Shown piece after piece: positions 63,346-64,000 of a stretch of DNA of 64,000 bases. Origin of the DNA: a virus; the IMG/VR virus record IMGVR_UViG_3300021086_000003, positions 29,398-93,397 of that record. The stretch is one strand, 5' to 3'. The translations under genes were made by a program, and so were the position numbers. The notes beneath the pieces were generated by a model. It made no database searches. It saw only the letters and a program-made list of their open reading frames with translations, and was not told the origin of the DNA. The stretch's first letter is position 1, and the number at the start of each line of letters is the position of its first letter.

Positions 63346-64000
63346 ATGCCTTCCGAACTTCGTGAGGCGCTGCTCGCAGCCAATGCGACCGCCCTCATCC
63401 CGAAGATTATCGACCCGATCCTGTTGGAATACCAACGCCGCTACTCCCCGCTGTGCCGCTCCATCCCCACCGTGAAATGGGACTCGGACACTTATTATTT
63501 CAATCAGCGTACCCAGGTAGCCATGGGGGGGTGGGTGTCCGACGGCGGTGCGCAGCCGGTCAACAACAGCACCTACGTGCAGCAGAACTTCAAAATGGCA
63601 CACCTACAGGTTGTCGGAGCAGTCACGGGCTATGCACAGAACGTGACGAGGCAGGTAATCGGGGATTTGCGAAACACTGAGATCGAGGGCTCGATCCGCG
63701 GCATCTACTGGGATATCGAAACGGGTATCTTGTGGGGCAACGCGGGCACAACCCAGTTCGGTGCGCGGCCTCAGTATGACGGTTTGTCGTCGCTGGTCGC
63801 CACATTCTCGGGTGCGAACCAGAATGCGCAGGACAAGGCCGGTGGCACCCTGACCCTAGCAATGCTGGATGAGCTGATTGACATGGTGGAGCAGAACGCC
63901 GCCATGTCCGTGTTCGATGACTCGTGGCAGATCGTGATGAGTAATACCGCGATCAGCAAGATCGCACAGTTGCTCACCAATCAGCAGCGTTTCAATGACA
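63346..64000 (+). CDS. Major capsid protein (partial, runs off the window)
   Basis: MPSELREALLAANATALIPKIID...; follows protease/scaffold; RBS GAAAGG; missing from ORF track because it has no stop. Confidence 0.85.
   Translation, partial: MPSELREALLAANATALIPKIIDPILLEYQRRYSPLCRSIPTVKWDSDTYYFNQRTQVAMGGWVSDGGAQPVNNSTYVQQNFKMAHLQVVGAVTGYAQNVTRQVIGDLRNTEIEGSIRGIYWDIETGILWGNAGTTQFGARPQYDGLSSLVATFSGANQNAQDKAGGTLTLAMLDELIDMVEQNAAMSVFDDSWQIVMSNTAISKIAQLLTNQQRFND

Larger units (their letters stand above)
1..64000. mobile_element. Temperate actinobacterial phage or prophage segment (replication, accessory and head modules)
   Basis: Terminase, portal, protease and capsid block; helicases; many small overlapping genes; no host housekeeping operons. 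Confidence 0.95.

Noticed and set aside
1-64000. CRISPR array, DGR, retron or rRNA
   Set aside because: No regularly spaced direct repeats, reverse-transcriptase motifs or rRNA-like sequence seen by eye

Overview
High-GC DNA from a large temperate actinobacterial phage or prophage. The host is inferred to be an actinomycete from the DnaB, Lsr2 and tRNA-fMet sequence types. No rRNA, CRISPR array or reverse transcriptase was seen, and the element runs off both ends. Layout: (1) 1-2843, replication end with two tandem, apparently intact DnaB helicases; (2) 2.9-13.4 kb, small accessory genes, a hairpin-rich non-coding interval, a Sak4-like AAA ATPase, VRR-NUC nuclease and XRE regulators; (3) 13.5-46.6 kb, a long mostly rightward array of small, largely translationally coupled genes including a C5 DNA methyltransferase with five tandem repeats, HNH, HD, two metallophosphoesterases, DUF4326/DUF5131/DUF1643, SLOG, ASCH, HAD, Nudix, an intact and a truncated tyrosine recombinase, and a three-copy family of palindromic promoters; (4) 46.6-49.7 kb, structured RNA, an initiator-type tRNA-Met with a loop variant, and small genes; (5) 49.7-54.4 kb, a leftward cassette of Arc-like repressor, IbrB/ParB, IbrA/PAPS-reductase-DUF3440, a TRD-less amino-methyltransferase and Lsr2, sitting directly upstream of the terminase, which is the best candidate for an uncharacterised DNA-modification or silencing system; (6) 54.5-64 kb, head module (terS, terL, portal, minor head protein, beta-rich proteins, protease/scaffold, major capsid). 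Family assignments come from motifs recognised by eye, not from database searches. Many starts were shortened relative to the ORF track using RBS or stop/start overlaps.
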